A stretch of DNA of 64,000 bases from Torpedo marmorata (taxonomy: Eukaryota): assembly GCA_977017645.1 (NCBI GenBank), contig OZ360237.1, positions 79,422,001-79,486,000 of the forward strand, in the 5' to 3' direction. Below are positions 1-10,686 of this stretch, one piece after another (within the stretch, counting starts at the first letter, position 1; each line of letters opens with the position of its first letter). Under the pieces are notes generated by a model. That model searched no databases. It had not been told where the DNA came from and saw only the letters and a program-made list of their open reading frames with translations. Position numbers and translations under genes: made by a program.

Positions 1-183
1 TTTCACAAAAGGTTTATGTGTTACTTCAGAGAACATTTATTTTTACAATTTTGAACGTACATATTTTTAACCTATTATTTTATTCTTATTTAATTTCATT
101 TTTAAAATTTATTTTCCTCTATTTTTTTGCCAGTTGTTTGAGGATGCCGGTTGCTTGAATTCCAGATACCAGGGGCTTTACTG
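1..183. mobile_element. Right part of a Tigger/pogo-like MITE (left end not resolved)
   Basis: Ends GCCGGTTGCTTGAATTCCAGATACCAGGGGCTTTACTG then TA; same terminus as the complete copy at 25900-26121. Confidence 0.6.
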
Positions 184-320
184 TAATATTATTTTCTTTG
201 TCATGTTTATCAATCTTATTTTAAATAAATCTCAAATATTTGCCTTGCTTACATCTTATGATGGTAAGTTCCACATTTTTAGAAAAGCATCTTCTCAATG
301 CAAATTGGATTTATTAAGTA

Positions 321-629
321 CAGGTTGTACCTCTCTTATCCGGCGCTCTGTGGTCCGGCATGTTTGAATCTGCCACCGTTAGTACAAACTCCTTACAGAC
401 AGCGCGGGACTCAAACCCCGGTCCCGATCGCTAGCGCTGTAAAGGCGTTGCGCTAAACGCGACGTTAACCGTGCCGCCCCACAATATTATTTCCAGTTTT
501 AAGCTTTGTTCCACCTTTGATATGTTTACATAGGGGGTTCCCTTAGGGGTCAATTTCTGTTTTCCGGCATTTTCTGTGGTCTGGCAATGGCCAGGTCCCA
601 ACGTCGCCGGATAAAAGAGGTACAAACTG
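321..629. mobile_element. Tc1/mariner (Tigger-like) MITE
   Basis: TIRs CAGGTTGTACCTCTCTTATCCGGC and GCCGGATAAAAGAGGTACAAACTG; TA on both flanks. Confidence 0.85.
381..478 (-). mobile_element. tRNA-derived SINE head fragment (V-SINE/HE1-like) nested in the MITE
   Basis: Reverse complement GGGCGGCACGGTT...GGGTTTGAGTCCCG...CTGTAAGGAGTTTGTA matches the head of the SINE at 44759. Confidence 0.8.
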
Positions 630-1244
630 TATTTAGAACTTCTAGTTTTGGCGATCCCAGATATGAGAACACTTTAATATCCAGCCCATCTGTGCACAAT
701 AATCAAATATATACCGTCTTCAGAGGCTCATTTTCATATTTCTATTTTTATGCATCTCCCGTCATTCATCCACTTCATTTATGCACTAGTCCAGAACTTA
801 CTATCAAAAATTATGTCCCATTTTGCAAGTACCTTTTGCCAGTTTAAAAGGCTACCTGCCATTCCATTACCTGTTTTGCAGTTAGGTTGATATCAACTGT
901 TTCTAATTCACCTACTATGATCTTAGTTTTGATTTTATTATGCACCAGTAAAGCTGGCAAGAACTAAATGTGTTGGGTGGCTTTGTAAAATATGCAGTAG
1001 TTTTGTCTCTGATACGCTCTTCAATTATCAGGACAATGAAGGCCAATTCTTCAAAATAATGTTCAGTAAAACCTTTTGCACTTTATATAACCAAATCATA
1101 AGTGGACCCAGCAGAACCCTGAACTAGTACACAACCTACCACTCACAATGAGAGCAAACAAAAACTAATAAAGGAAAAAATGGATGGAAAATTGCAACAT
1201 TAGGAAAGTAAATCCGTCTAGTTTGATATCCTTCTTATTTGTAG

Positions 1245-2119
1245 TGTTACAAATTCAAACCAGCAACGACAGAAGACGCAAAGCAAAAGGGGTAAAATTG
1301 AAATTTATATTTATTAAAGACAATTAAACATATAATTTCACAACAATTAACCCCACTATAAACGTCTATAAACACTATTCTTATCTAAAGAGTGTGTGTG
1401 TGTAAAGCCCAGACCATTACAGTCTGTGCCCAACCCTCATGTAAAAATGGAAAACCTTCCCCAAAACCCCCAAGTCAGTCATAAAAATAAGTCAGTCCCA
1501 AAAATACAGTACACAAAAACCTTTACCTTTACTCTCTATGTTCAGGGTCCAAATTCAGCTCTGTGTGCTGGCAAGAAGGACTTCTTAATGAACGTTGGAG
1601 AGAGAGACAATGACTGTTTAAGCTTAAGAATGCTTGGCCTGCTTTTCTTCTCTGATGACTTTCCCTTTTGGTAGATTCACGAGGATTGTGACTCCAAATC
1701 AGTATACCACTGATTGAGGCGTATACTTGGATCTCACAGCCGCTCTCGCTGATCTCACGCCTGTTCTTCACAAAAGTTGTTTTTTAACTCAGGATTTTGC
1801 TGATACAGGAGGCCATGTGCTATTCTCCCAGCCTTTTCCCCTGGGATGCACAAGCCTGGATTTTGCTGTGTTCTCCAGCCTTTGCAACTCCAAAACTGAA
1901 TTTGAATGCTTTTTGCAGAGGTTTGCACCTGCTTTTGCAAAAGTGCAACAAAGTATCTCTCCACAGTCTGTCTCTCTCTGGTGTCTCTCTCTCTCTGTGA
2001 GTACAAGAAGTCCTGGGCAAGTTAACTCTTTCAGTACCAGGTCCCAGTATGTACTCCAAAAGACTTCATCCTTCCTGCTGACCGTCCGCAGTCAAAATGG
2101 TCAGTCATGGTCCATAACA
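1245..2119 (-). repeat. 3' LTR
   Basis: TGTTAC...ATAACA on +; direct repeat of 3766-4580; adjacent to the PPT. Confidence 0.95.
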
Positions 2120-2130
2120 CCTCCCACCCA
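2120..2130 (-). other. Polypurine tract
   Basis: Minus strand TGGGTGGGAGG immediately before the 3' LTR. Confidence 0.8.
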
Positions 2131-2250
2131 CAAAGAAAATTTTGGTCTGCAAGAACAAAATTTTGGAAATTAATTGAGGTGTCACAATATACACAAAACC
2201 CACAATGTTCATCCACAAACCAAAATATGAACTATTTTCATTTATAAAGT

Positions 2251-3633
2251 TTAGCATCTAGAAAGACAATCAGCGATTACATTATCTTTCCCTTTTATAT
2301 GTGTTATTAAACCATATTCTTGCAAAATTAGACACCAATTCAACAACCAGCGATTCTTATTTTTCATTTTACAAAGAAAAACCAATGGATTATGGTCAGT
2401 ATAAACTATGAGTGGTTTTTGAGCTGTACAGATATACACATCAAAGTGTTGTAGAGCCAACACAAGAGCCAACAACTCTTTTTCTATGGTTGAATAATTC
2501 CTTTGATGATCATTGTCCTTCTTCGAGAAGTAGGATACCGGATGGTCAATGTCCTCTTCATTCTTCCTCTGTAACAGCACCGCGCCCACAGCTTCATCGC
2601 TGGCATCCACGGCTAAAGAAAACGGCTTTTCTAAATCAGCTGACTTAAGCACAGGTTGGTGGCATAACATGGCTTTCAATTTGACAAATGCTTCCTGACA
2701 ACCTGTCGACCATACAAATTTTTCTCCCTTTCGAAGCAAATTTGTGAGTGGGAGCGCAAGATCTGCAAAGTTTTTACAGAACTTGCGGTAGTAGCCAATC
2801 ATTCCCAGGAACCTCCTCAGAGTTTTCTTACCAGTTGGAACAGGGAACTCGGAAATAGTCACAACCTTTGCCTCTACTGGCGCCAACTGCCCCTGTCCTA
2901 CTACATAACCCAGAGAATTAACAGTCCCATGACCCTCTCTGAAACTGGTTTTATCTGTCTCCTCCTTACCCCGATCAATAACCAGCACCTCTGGTAACTG
3001 TTCAGTCTCTTTGTGCGGCACCTGTTCAAAATATGGCTTAATCATATTCTCATGACAGACCTGTGCGTCTCGTCTGCGATTAGGTGTTTCTATGACATAG
3101 GTGACCTCATTAATTTTTGCCTTAACTCTATAGGGTCCTGAAAATCTAGCCCTAAGAGGATTGGAATGTGTGGGAAACAGAACTAATACGTTCTCACCAG
3201 GCTTAAAAGTTCTCATCTTGGCCTTTCGATCATACCAAACCTTCATTCTCTGTTGAGTGGCCTTTAAAGTCTCCTTTGCCATCTCACAAGCTTTATGCAA
3301 CCGATCCTTAAATTTGGAAACATAATCCAATAGATTTAAATGCACATCACTATTAATCCACTGTTCTTTTAATAACCTTAAAGGACCTCTCATCTCATGT
3401 CCGAAAACTAACTCGAATGGACTAAAACAAAGTGATTCTTGGACAGACTCCCTCGCTGGAAATAACAACAAATGAACCCCCTCATCCCAATCCTTTTCCT
3501 CCTCACAACAATAGGTTCTAATCATGTTTTTCAAAGTCGAATGGAACCTCTCCAAGGCCCCTTGACTTTCTGGATGGTACGCAGAGGATACAATCTGTTT
3601 AACTCCCAGTCTATCAACCACTTCTACATCCAT
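2251..3633 (-). CDS. Deleted pol fusion ORF: integrase C-terminal half, RT thumb/connection and RNase H
   Basis: SAYHPESQGALERFH (IN), FSGPY (GPY/F), RRFLGMIGYYRKF (RT), AVDASD / ELLA / YTDH / ADCLSR (RNase H); first ATG at 3633 in context ACAATGG. Confidence 0.8.
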   Translation of the reverse strand: MDVEVVDRLGVKQIVSSAYHPESQGALERFHSTLKNMIRTYCCEEEKDWDEGVHLLLFPARESVQESLCFSPFELVFGHEMRGPLRLLKEQWINSDVHLNLLDYVSKFKDRLHKACEMAKETLKATQQRMKVWYDRKAKMRTFKPGENVLVLFPTHSNPLRARFSGPYRVKAKINEVTYVIETPNRRRDAQVCHENMIKPYFEQVPHKETEQLPEVLVIDRGKEETDKTSFREGHGTVNSLGYVVGQGQLAPVEAKVVTISEFPVPTGKKTLRRFLGMIGYYRKFCKNFADLALPLTNLLRKGEKFVWSTGCQEAFVKLKAMLCHQPVLKSADLEKPFSLAVDASDEAVGAVLLQRKNEEDIDHPVSYFSKKDNDHQRNYSTIEKELLALVLALQHFDVYICTAQKPLIVYTDHNPLVFLCKMKNKNRWLLNWCLILQEYGLITHIKGKDNVIADCLSRC

Positions 3634-3749
3634 TGTTGCTGGTTTTTTCGTTACACCCACACTAGCTTTTAATTAGCTTTACAAAAGGAATGTCTTAAAC
3701 CAGACTGGGATTCCTTCAATTACCAAGATGGATCTTGATTCAACCCCTA

Positions 3750-3762
3750 GGACGAGCCCCCA
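3750..3762 (-). other. Primer binding site, tRNA-Pro type
   Basis: Minus strand TGGGGGCTCGTCC, 3 nt downstream of the 5' LTR. Confidence 0.9.
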
Positions 3763-3765
3763 ATT

Positions 3766-4580
3766 TGTTACAAGTTCAAACCAGCAACGACAGAAGACGC
3801 AATGCAAAAGGGGTAAAATTGAAATTAACAACAATTAACCCGACTATAAATGTCTATAAACACTATGTGTGTAAAGCCCAGACCATTACAGTCTGTGCCC
3901 AACCCTCATGTAAAAATGGAAAACCTTCCCCAAAATCCCCAGGTCAGTCATAAAAATAAGTCAGTCCCAAAAATACAGTTCACAAAAATTCACTCTCTAT
4001 GTTCAGGGTTCAAATTCAGCTCTGTGTGCTGGCAAGAAGGACTTCTTAATGAACGTTGGAGAGAGAGACAATGACTGTTTAAGCTTACGAATGCTTGGCC
4101 TGCTTTTCTTCTCTGATGACTTTCCCTTTTGGTAGATATACAAGGATTGCAACTCCAAATCAGTATACCACTGATTGAGGCGTGTACTTGGATCTCACAG
4201 CCTGTCTCGCTGATCTCATGCCTGTTCTTCACAAAAGTTGTTTTTTAACTCAGGATTTTGCTGATACAGGAGGCCATGTGCTATTCTCCCAGCCTTTTCT
4301 CCTGGGATGCACAAGCCTGGATTTTGCTGTGTTCTCCAGCCTTTGCAACTCCAAAACTGAATCTGAATGCTTTTTGCAGAGGTTTGCACCTGCTTTTGCA
4401 AAAGTGCAACAACGTATCTCTCCACAGTCTGTCTCTCTCTCTGGTGTCTCTCTCTCTGTGAGTACAAGAAGTCCTGGGCAAGTTAACTCTTTCAGTACCA
4501 GGTCCCAGTATGTACTCCAAAAGACTTCATCCTTCCTGCTGACCGTCCGCAGTCCAAATGGTCAGTCATGGTCCATAACA
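3766..4580 (-). repeat. 5' LTR
   Basis: TG...CA termini; about 60 bp shorter than the 3' LTR because of indels. Confidence 0.95.
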
Positions 4581-5224
4581 GTAGTATGAGTGTCTCTGGC
4601 AAGACCAATGTTTATTTCAAGTCAAGTTTATTGTCATCTGTTTGTACAAATACAACCCGATTAAACAGCGTTCTCCGGTCCTGAATTCCAATTAAGGTTC
4701 ATACTTAACTGTCCTCGAGATGATGCAGCAGGATGTATTCTTGAAATGCTGATGCCTTCTTTATGATGGTCCTTCCTCCCTCAGTGCAATTAGGTGGAGT
4801 TATCTAAAATTTAGTCCTAACAAAGAAGGGATCAATATTTTTCCAAATCAGAATATTGGGAGCAAAATGCAGGTCATGCTGTAACCATGTTACCCTGACC
4901 TTTTTGATGGTAGAGATTGTAGTCTTCGGAAATATTGTCATAGTAGCCCATGAGTAAACAGTACATTTTGTGCACAGGACAGACATGGTATGCCAGTGGT
5001 GGAGAAAGTGAATGTTTAAGGTGCTACATTGGGTGCTGATCGAGTGGGCTGTTTAATTCTGAATAACACCTTGCATTTTGAGTGTAATTGGCTCAATGTG
5101 CAACCAGGCAAGTGGAATGTACTCCATCACACTTCTGAATTGTGCCTTATAAACAGGATTCTGCGGAGATAGGAAGTAAGTCATCTTAATTCAGAAGCAA
5201 ACCTGAATGAATTCAAAGCAGAAC

Positions 5225-5700
5225 CTCCTCTGCACATCAGTGCAAAGGAGGTTCACCATGTTGATTCCAGAGATGAGGTGGTTAGCCTATGAGGAGCGAT
5301 TGAGTCACCTGGGACGATACTCACTGGAATTCAGAAGAATGAGAGGGAATCTTAGAAAAATATAAATTATGAAAGGGTTAGATAAAATAGAGGCAGAAAA
5401 GTTTCCATTAAGGGGATATAGCCCCATGATTCAGGGGAGTAGATTTAGGATAGAGATGAGGAAAAACTGCTTTTCCCAGAGAGTAGTGCATCTGTACAAT
5501 TCTCTGCCAACAAAGCAGAGGAGGCAACCTCATTAAATATACTTAAGTCACAATTAGATCGATTTTGCATCATATGGGAATTAAGGGTTATGGGGAAAGA
5601 GCAAGTAGGTGAAGCTGTCCATGGCCAAATCAGCCATGATCTCAATGAATGGTGGAACAGGCTCGAAGGGTCAGATGGCCTACTTCTGCTCCTATTTATG
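5225..5700 (+). mobile_element. CR1-type LINE 3' fragment, degenerate
   Basis: AGTGCAAAGGAGGTTCACCATGTTGATTCCAG...GGCCTACTTCTGCTCCTAT resembles the 3' end of the CR1 at 39900-40470. Confidence 0.7.
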
Positions 5701-5889
5701 TTCATTTGTTGCAAGATGGCCAGCCTGTGACCTGTTCTTGAAGATAAGAGTATTATTACATTTGGCCTAACTCAATTTTTAGTGAATGGTGACTCCTAAG
5801 ATGATGATGATGGTAAAAGTCTGGGGTTTAGTGATAGTAACGTTATTAACTGTCAAAGAAGGTAGTAACTCTCTCTTCTACCTAGAAAG

Positions 5890-6707
5890 AAAAATATGGC
5901 GGCGCTGCCGGAGCTGCTGTAATGGCAGCGCTGCCTTTGGTGCGGACCTGCGGAGAGCGGAGACACAGGTCCAAATGTCCACTCCAACTGGTGTCGGCTC
6001 CGTACAGGCTTTAAGTAGCCTGTTAAAGGAGCTGACGGTAGTTTATTTTAAAATCCTGCGACCGCGGGGTCTGGGCCCAAGATAGCGGCGCCTATGATCG
6101 GCAGCGGCCACGAGGGGTTGTAGACTCCGGGGAAGCAGAGGACTGGCGCAGGGCACCAGAAAATGGGGAGATCACCCCCCCATTTGAGAAGGAGAAGCAG
6201 AAGAAACGATCTAGCAGCAGACCAGCGAGGGGCTCTGAGGATGAAGGACACACAAACAGCAGGCTGTTGGTGACTCAAGGCGAGGAACCCACGCAGGCTG
6301 TGGGCTGCAAGCGACTTGCAGTCAAAGGACTCACACCAGGCTGTGGACTGCTGGAGACTGGCTAGAGATTGGCTGAAGGGGTGCCAGGTGTCGGCGCCGA
6401 GATGCAAGAGGGTGCCGAGAATGCTGGAGGTTTGCATATGGACCTCGGGTTGCTGATGGTTTGGACTGAAGGCTGTGTGGCTGTGGAGGCTGTGGGAGCG
6501 CTGGAGGCGAATCTATAGACACTCAGTGACTCTGGGGGGGGGGGAGGGGTGGGGGGACTCTCTTTTGCTTCTCTTTCTCTGACTGTAAGGGGCGCTGGAC
6601 AATTTCTGCTGATAGCGGATCTTTGTCTGCCTTATGGTAACTAAAGGAAATTTTGTATAATATCACATTTTCTGTTTTATTACATGACAATAAAATAATC
6701 TTGATCT
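5890..6707 (+). mobile_element. GC-rich non-coding retroelement (called element X here), apparently full length
   Basis: Begins AAAATATGGCGGCGCTGCC; ends CATGACAATAAA...TCTTGATCTT; homologous to five other loci in the window. Confidence 0.8.
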
Positions 6708-7463
6708 TTACATCATCTTACTTGCAACTTATCAGGCCAGGCCTGAATTCTGTCTTAATTTTGCAGCATGGACTGCTTAATTTTCCAAGAGACGCAAATG
6801 CAATTCAACAATAAACATTTTCACATGCAATTTTATATTGAAAAAAACATCTTTGGCAAAAAAAGATGGTTGGACCTACGGCTTGCAGCATTGCCCCAGG
6901 GCTGTGATAATGCTTTCCAATTCAGCTACAGAAACCACAAAGATTCCAGGTTCAGTAAGTGATCTTAGATGAGTTAGCTTATCTCACACAGAGAAATTGG
7001 ACCATGTTGCCCAGGTTAGAGTGGAAGTAATCTAAGAGAGTTAAAGCAGTGCAGCTGAATCAAATTAATAACACTGAATATTTTGGGATGTACAATAAAT
7101 ATGACAGGATTTGGCTCAAGCAGTTATGGCGTTATGATCAAGTAATTTTTCAATACATAAGCTGGGTTCATAACTATTTGGAGAAGGATAGTTAGTGGAA
7201 CAGGCCCTCTGTACCCAAATATGTGGAAAAAAATAGTATTTTTGAATTATGGAAGAATTATAAAAGCATGGTAAATTTAGCAACACACCCAGCATAAAAC
7301 CTGACAAATGTAATTCAATTTACAGATTTTTTAAAAATTATGAACTTTAAGAATGAGTACTCTTTCCAGTTCACTTCCAACACTCAGCAACAGAGTAAAA
7401 AACACAAAAGCTGGAGAACTCAGCAGGTCAAACAGTGTATTTTATGTAGCAAAGGTAGAAATA

Positions 7464-7504
7464 CATAACCGACGTTTCGGGCTTGAGCCCTTCATCAAAG
7501 TATG
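7464..7504 (-). ncRNA. Minimal type I hammerhead ribozyme motif in pLTR
   Basis: Exact reverse complement of 8130-8170. Confidence 0.7.
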
Positions 7505-8129
7505 AGAAAATGCCGGCAGGCGTCCGAACAAAGGAGTGAGGGGGGAAGGGGGGCAAAGGCAGGAGATGATAGGTGGAGAAAGGAGGGAGGGGACAGCAGC
7601 AAAGAGGGGGAGGAGGGATGGCTGGGTGGGTGGAAAAAAACAGGAAGGACAGGTGAGGGGGGAGGGGAAGGGAACAACAAGCAGGTTTAGTGGAAAGCAG
7701 AAAAGTCAATGTTAATGCCATCTGGCTGGAGAGTGCCGAGACAGAATATGAGATGTTATTCCTCCAATTTGCGGGTAGTCTGGGTGGGATAGTACATGAG
7801 GCCATGGACAGACATGTGAGCGTGGGAGTGTGACCCAGAATTGAAATGGTTGGCTACTGGGAGGTCGCTGTTGTTGCGGACAGAGAGGAGGTGCTCAGCA
7901 AAGCGGTCTCCCAATCTACGACCGGTCTCTCCAATGTATAGAAAGCCACAAAGGGAGCACCGGATGCAGTAGATAAGTCACCTGTCCTTCCTGTTTTTTT
8001 CCACCCACCCAGCCATCCCTCCTCCCCCTCTTTGCTGCTGTCCCTTCCCTCCTTTCTCCACCTATCATCTCCTGCCTTTGCCCCCCTTCCCCCCTCACTC
8101 CTTTGTTCGGACGCCTGCCGGCATTTTCT

Positions 8130-8170
8130 CATACTTTGATGAAGGGCTCAAGCCCGAAACGTCGGTTATG
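8130..8170 (+). ncRNA. Minimal type I hammerhead ribozyme motif in pLTR
   Basis: CATACT-TTGATGA-A-GGGC TCAA GCCC-GAAAC-GTC-GGTTATG: core, stem II, ACGT palindrome, GUC site, stem I. Confidence 0.7.
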
Positions 8171-10436
8171 TATTTCTACCTTTGCTACATAAAAGACACT
8201 GTTTGACCTGCTGAGTTCTCCAGCTTTTGTGTTTTTTACTACATTATTACGGTGTCTACAGATTTTCGTGTTTACTACTCAGCAACAGAGAACCTATTGT
8301 GTTCATGTTTATTATTTAAACCCATTACAACACCACGATGCTTTCGCAGATATTTTCTTTATCTTCCGTGATATCTGTAAAACCATGCTATTACTTCTAA
8401 TCAAGATGAACAATACATCAATCATGAAGGACACAAGGAAAATTTTTTTAAATGATCCAGTAATTAAATACACATTGCAAAAATAAAATAATTGAAAGCA
8501 TTTGTAGTTTAATGAAGGATTTACAAAAATATACATATTATATAAAACAGTATATACACACATGAATTTACTGTAAAGCAGTAATCTATTTAAAAAAAGT
8601 TGGCAGGAAGAGCATCTGAATGAAGGAATTACAAGGTTCAATTGAAGATTACAGGAGTTACAATGGGGGAAGGGGACATACACACTCGCTCACAAAAGAT
8701 ATCCACCAGCTGGAGGATTTATCCTGAAAAGTAGATGAACAAATCAATTACCCAACTCAAATGAAGGTACTTTTTCAGAATTCTTGAAGATTACTGTGCA
8801 ATATATCTTAAATCTTCCATCCACTTCACAATGAACTCCAATCATTGCTACAAAAAAAATCTCCCTATCAAACTCTAAGAAACAGAATAGTAGGACCAAG
8901 AGGGAACACTGAGCTCCTGCCATATGGAACAAAAAAAAACCAGCCAATCAGAACCACACTGCTGAAATGGAAATATAATTACAAACTACACATCACACCC
9001 CGTGCGAACAATACTGGAGGCCCAGCAAATAGGGCTTTTCAAGTTCATGTGGAAGAAAGCCTTCCCATTCTAATATTAATAACATATATTTTAAAAGCTG
9101 ATAAAGACCAAGAAATCTGCTCTCTTGCTCCAAACAAATGTGACATAAGAAAAGCCAATCAGACCTCAGCTGAGATTATTTGCAGTCCATACATAATCTA
9201 CATTAGCTGTCTCTTTCTCATCGTGCCACAAGGAGCAGCTGGCACAATTTGCTGCCTTTTGTCTCAAAAGAGTAATAGTTCAAAAACCCTCAATGAGCTT
9301 TCACAAAAAAAAAGATTATTTATGGCACAAAAGGTAATAGAATACAGGTGTTGAGATCGGTCATTTGAGCTATTTAAAAAAAAAAAATAATAATGGTTTT
9401 ATTTGCTACAACACATACAATAAGCTTTGTGGGTCTCTTTTTAAGATATGAACAGGAAATATATACCGGTAACCTGATTACAAAGAATATTAAATAACAA
9501 TTCTTTATGTTGCAGCACAATTTTGAAAAAAAATCATTACAAATTTACAGGCAAGTTTTAAACAACAGTATACTTTATTTCTCAATGTCATTTGCTTTAT
9601 ATCCTATTAATTTTTTTTCCAAAAGCTGCTCGTCTAAGTCGGTGTTACTGTGCCTAATTTATAAAGAGAAAATGTGTTGGGAGGTTTTGGCTTTCCAAAT
9701 GTTAATTATATTTAAATTTATGAATTCAGTCGGACATGATTAAACAGTACCTTGAGGTAATGTTAAAACCCATCTTGAATATTATTGAAATCAAAAATTC
9801 ACTGAATAGTTATAAATTTGAGCATAATTGGAAAAGCATTAAAGCTTAAACGCTGAATGATCAATTAAAAGTCTTCAACCAAACATTAGCAAAGGACATG
9901 TGGGAAAATTCTTTCAAAATGGTCAAGCTCTGAGTGAACAAAAAATGGAACAGAAAATGCTCAAACGATTCAAAATGTCAGGCTGCATCTTGAGAGAGGA
10001 AACGATCTGTAGTGATAAACTCTTAAGTTAAATGCTCTGAAATGAATTCTTTCACTATTTCAGCAGAATACTAGCTGTGACATTGCAGTTAAAATAACAT
10101 GGAAAATTTTCAAATGCATGACATTTTCTTTGGAATAACCAGAATATTCACAAATTGGTGCATAAGTCAAAGGAATGAAGAATTCTGGTAGCTGAGGATA
10201 GTCCAAAGGTAGATAGAGGTAAGAGGTGGTGTGGAAATTAAAAAAAGCTGCAGATGCTGAAAATCCAAAATAAAAACAGAAAATGCTGGAAACAACAAGC
10301 GGATTAAGCAGCATTAATGAAAAACAGAAGCAGTCCTAGAACTTGGAACTGAGAAAAATAGAAATTGGTTTCAGTCGTAGGGAAGAAAGGGAAGGGATTA
10401 GCAGAAGTTGCAAATAACTCTGATAAGAGTGAGGCA

Positions 10437-10640
10437 CAAGGACAGCTTCTTCCCCGTTGCCATCAGATTCATGAATAATCAATGAACCAAAGACACTGCC
10501 TTACTTTTCGTACACTATTATTTATATATATTTTTTATAGTAATGTCGTAAGATGATTATAATATGAATGTTTGCACTATGATGCTGCCGCAAAACACCG
10601 AATTTTATGGCTTGTTCATGACAATAAATTCTGATTCTGA
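10437..10640 (+). mobile_element. Rex1/Babar LINE 3' end fragment
   Basis: Matches 17594-17800; ends CATGACAATAAATTCTGATTCTGA. Confidence 0.9.
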
Positions 10641-10686
10641 GGTCAAATGGCTTAAAGTGGCAGTCACAAGTTCATTATGCTTCCTT

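Larger units (their letters stand above)
1245..4580 (-). mobile_element. Internally deleted Gypsy LTR retrotransposon, Gmr1-like (IN upstream of RT/RNase H)
   Basis: Two TG...CA LTRs; 4-bp TSD GTAG (1241-1244, 4581-4584); tRNA-Pro PBS; PPT; pol-derived ORF. Confidence 0.93.
7396..8276. mobile_element. Penelope-like element: 3' fragment with inverted pLTR
   Basis: Minus arm 7396-7977 includes GIY-YIG coding remnant; plus arm 7978-8276; TSD ACTCAGCAACAGAG (7382-7395, 8277-8290). Confidence 0.9.

Noticed and set aside
1396-2216. Short ORFs repeated at 3735-4589, 37630-38460 and 49765-50484
   Set aside because: They lie within LTR copies; the recurrence reflects the repeat, and frames are not conserved between copies
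8845-9354. 169-aa ORF in unique DNA
   Set aside because: Non-ATG start, no recognisable motif, crosses A-runs; probably chance
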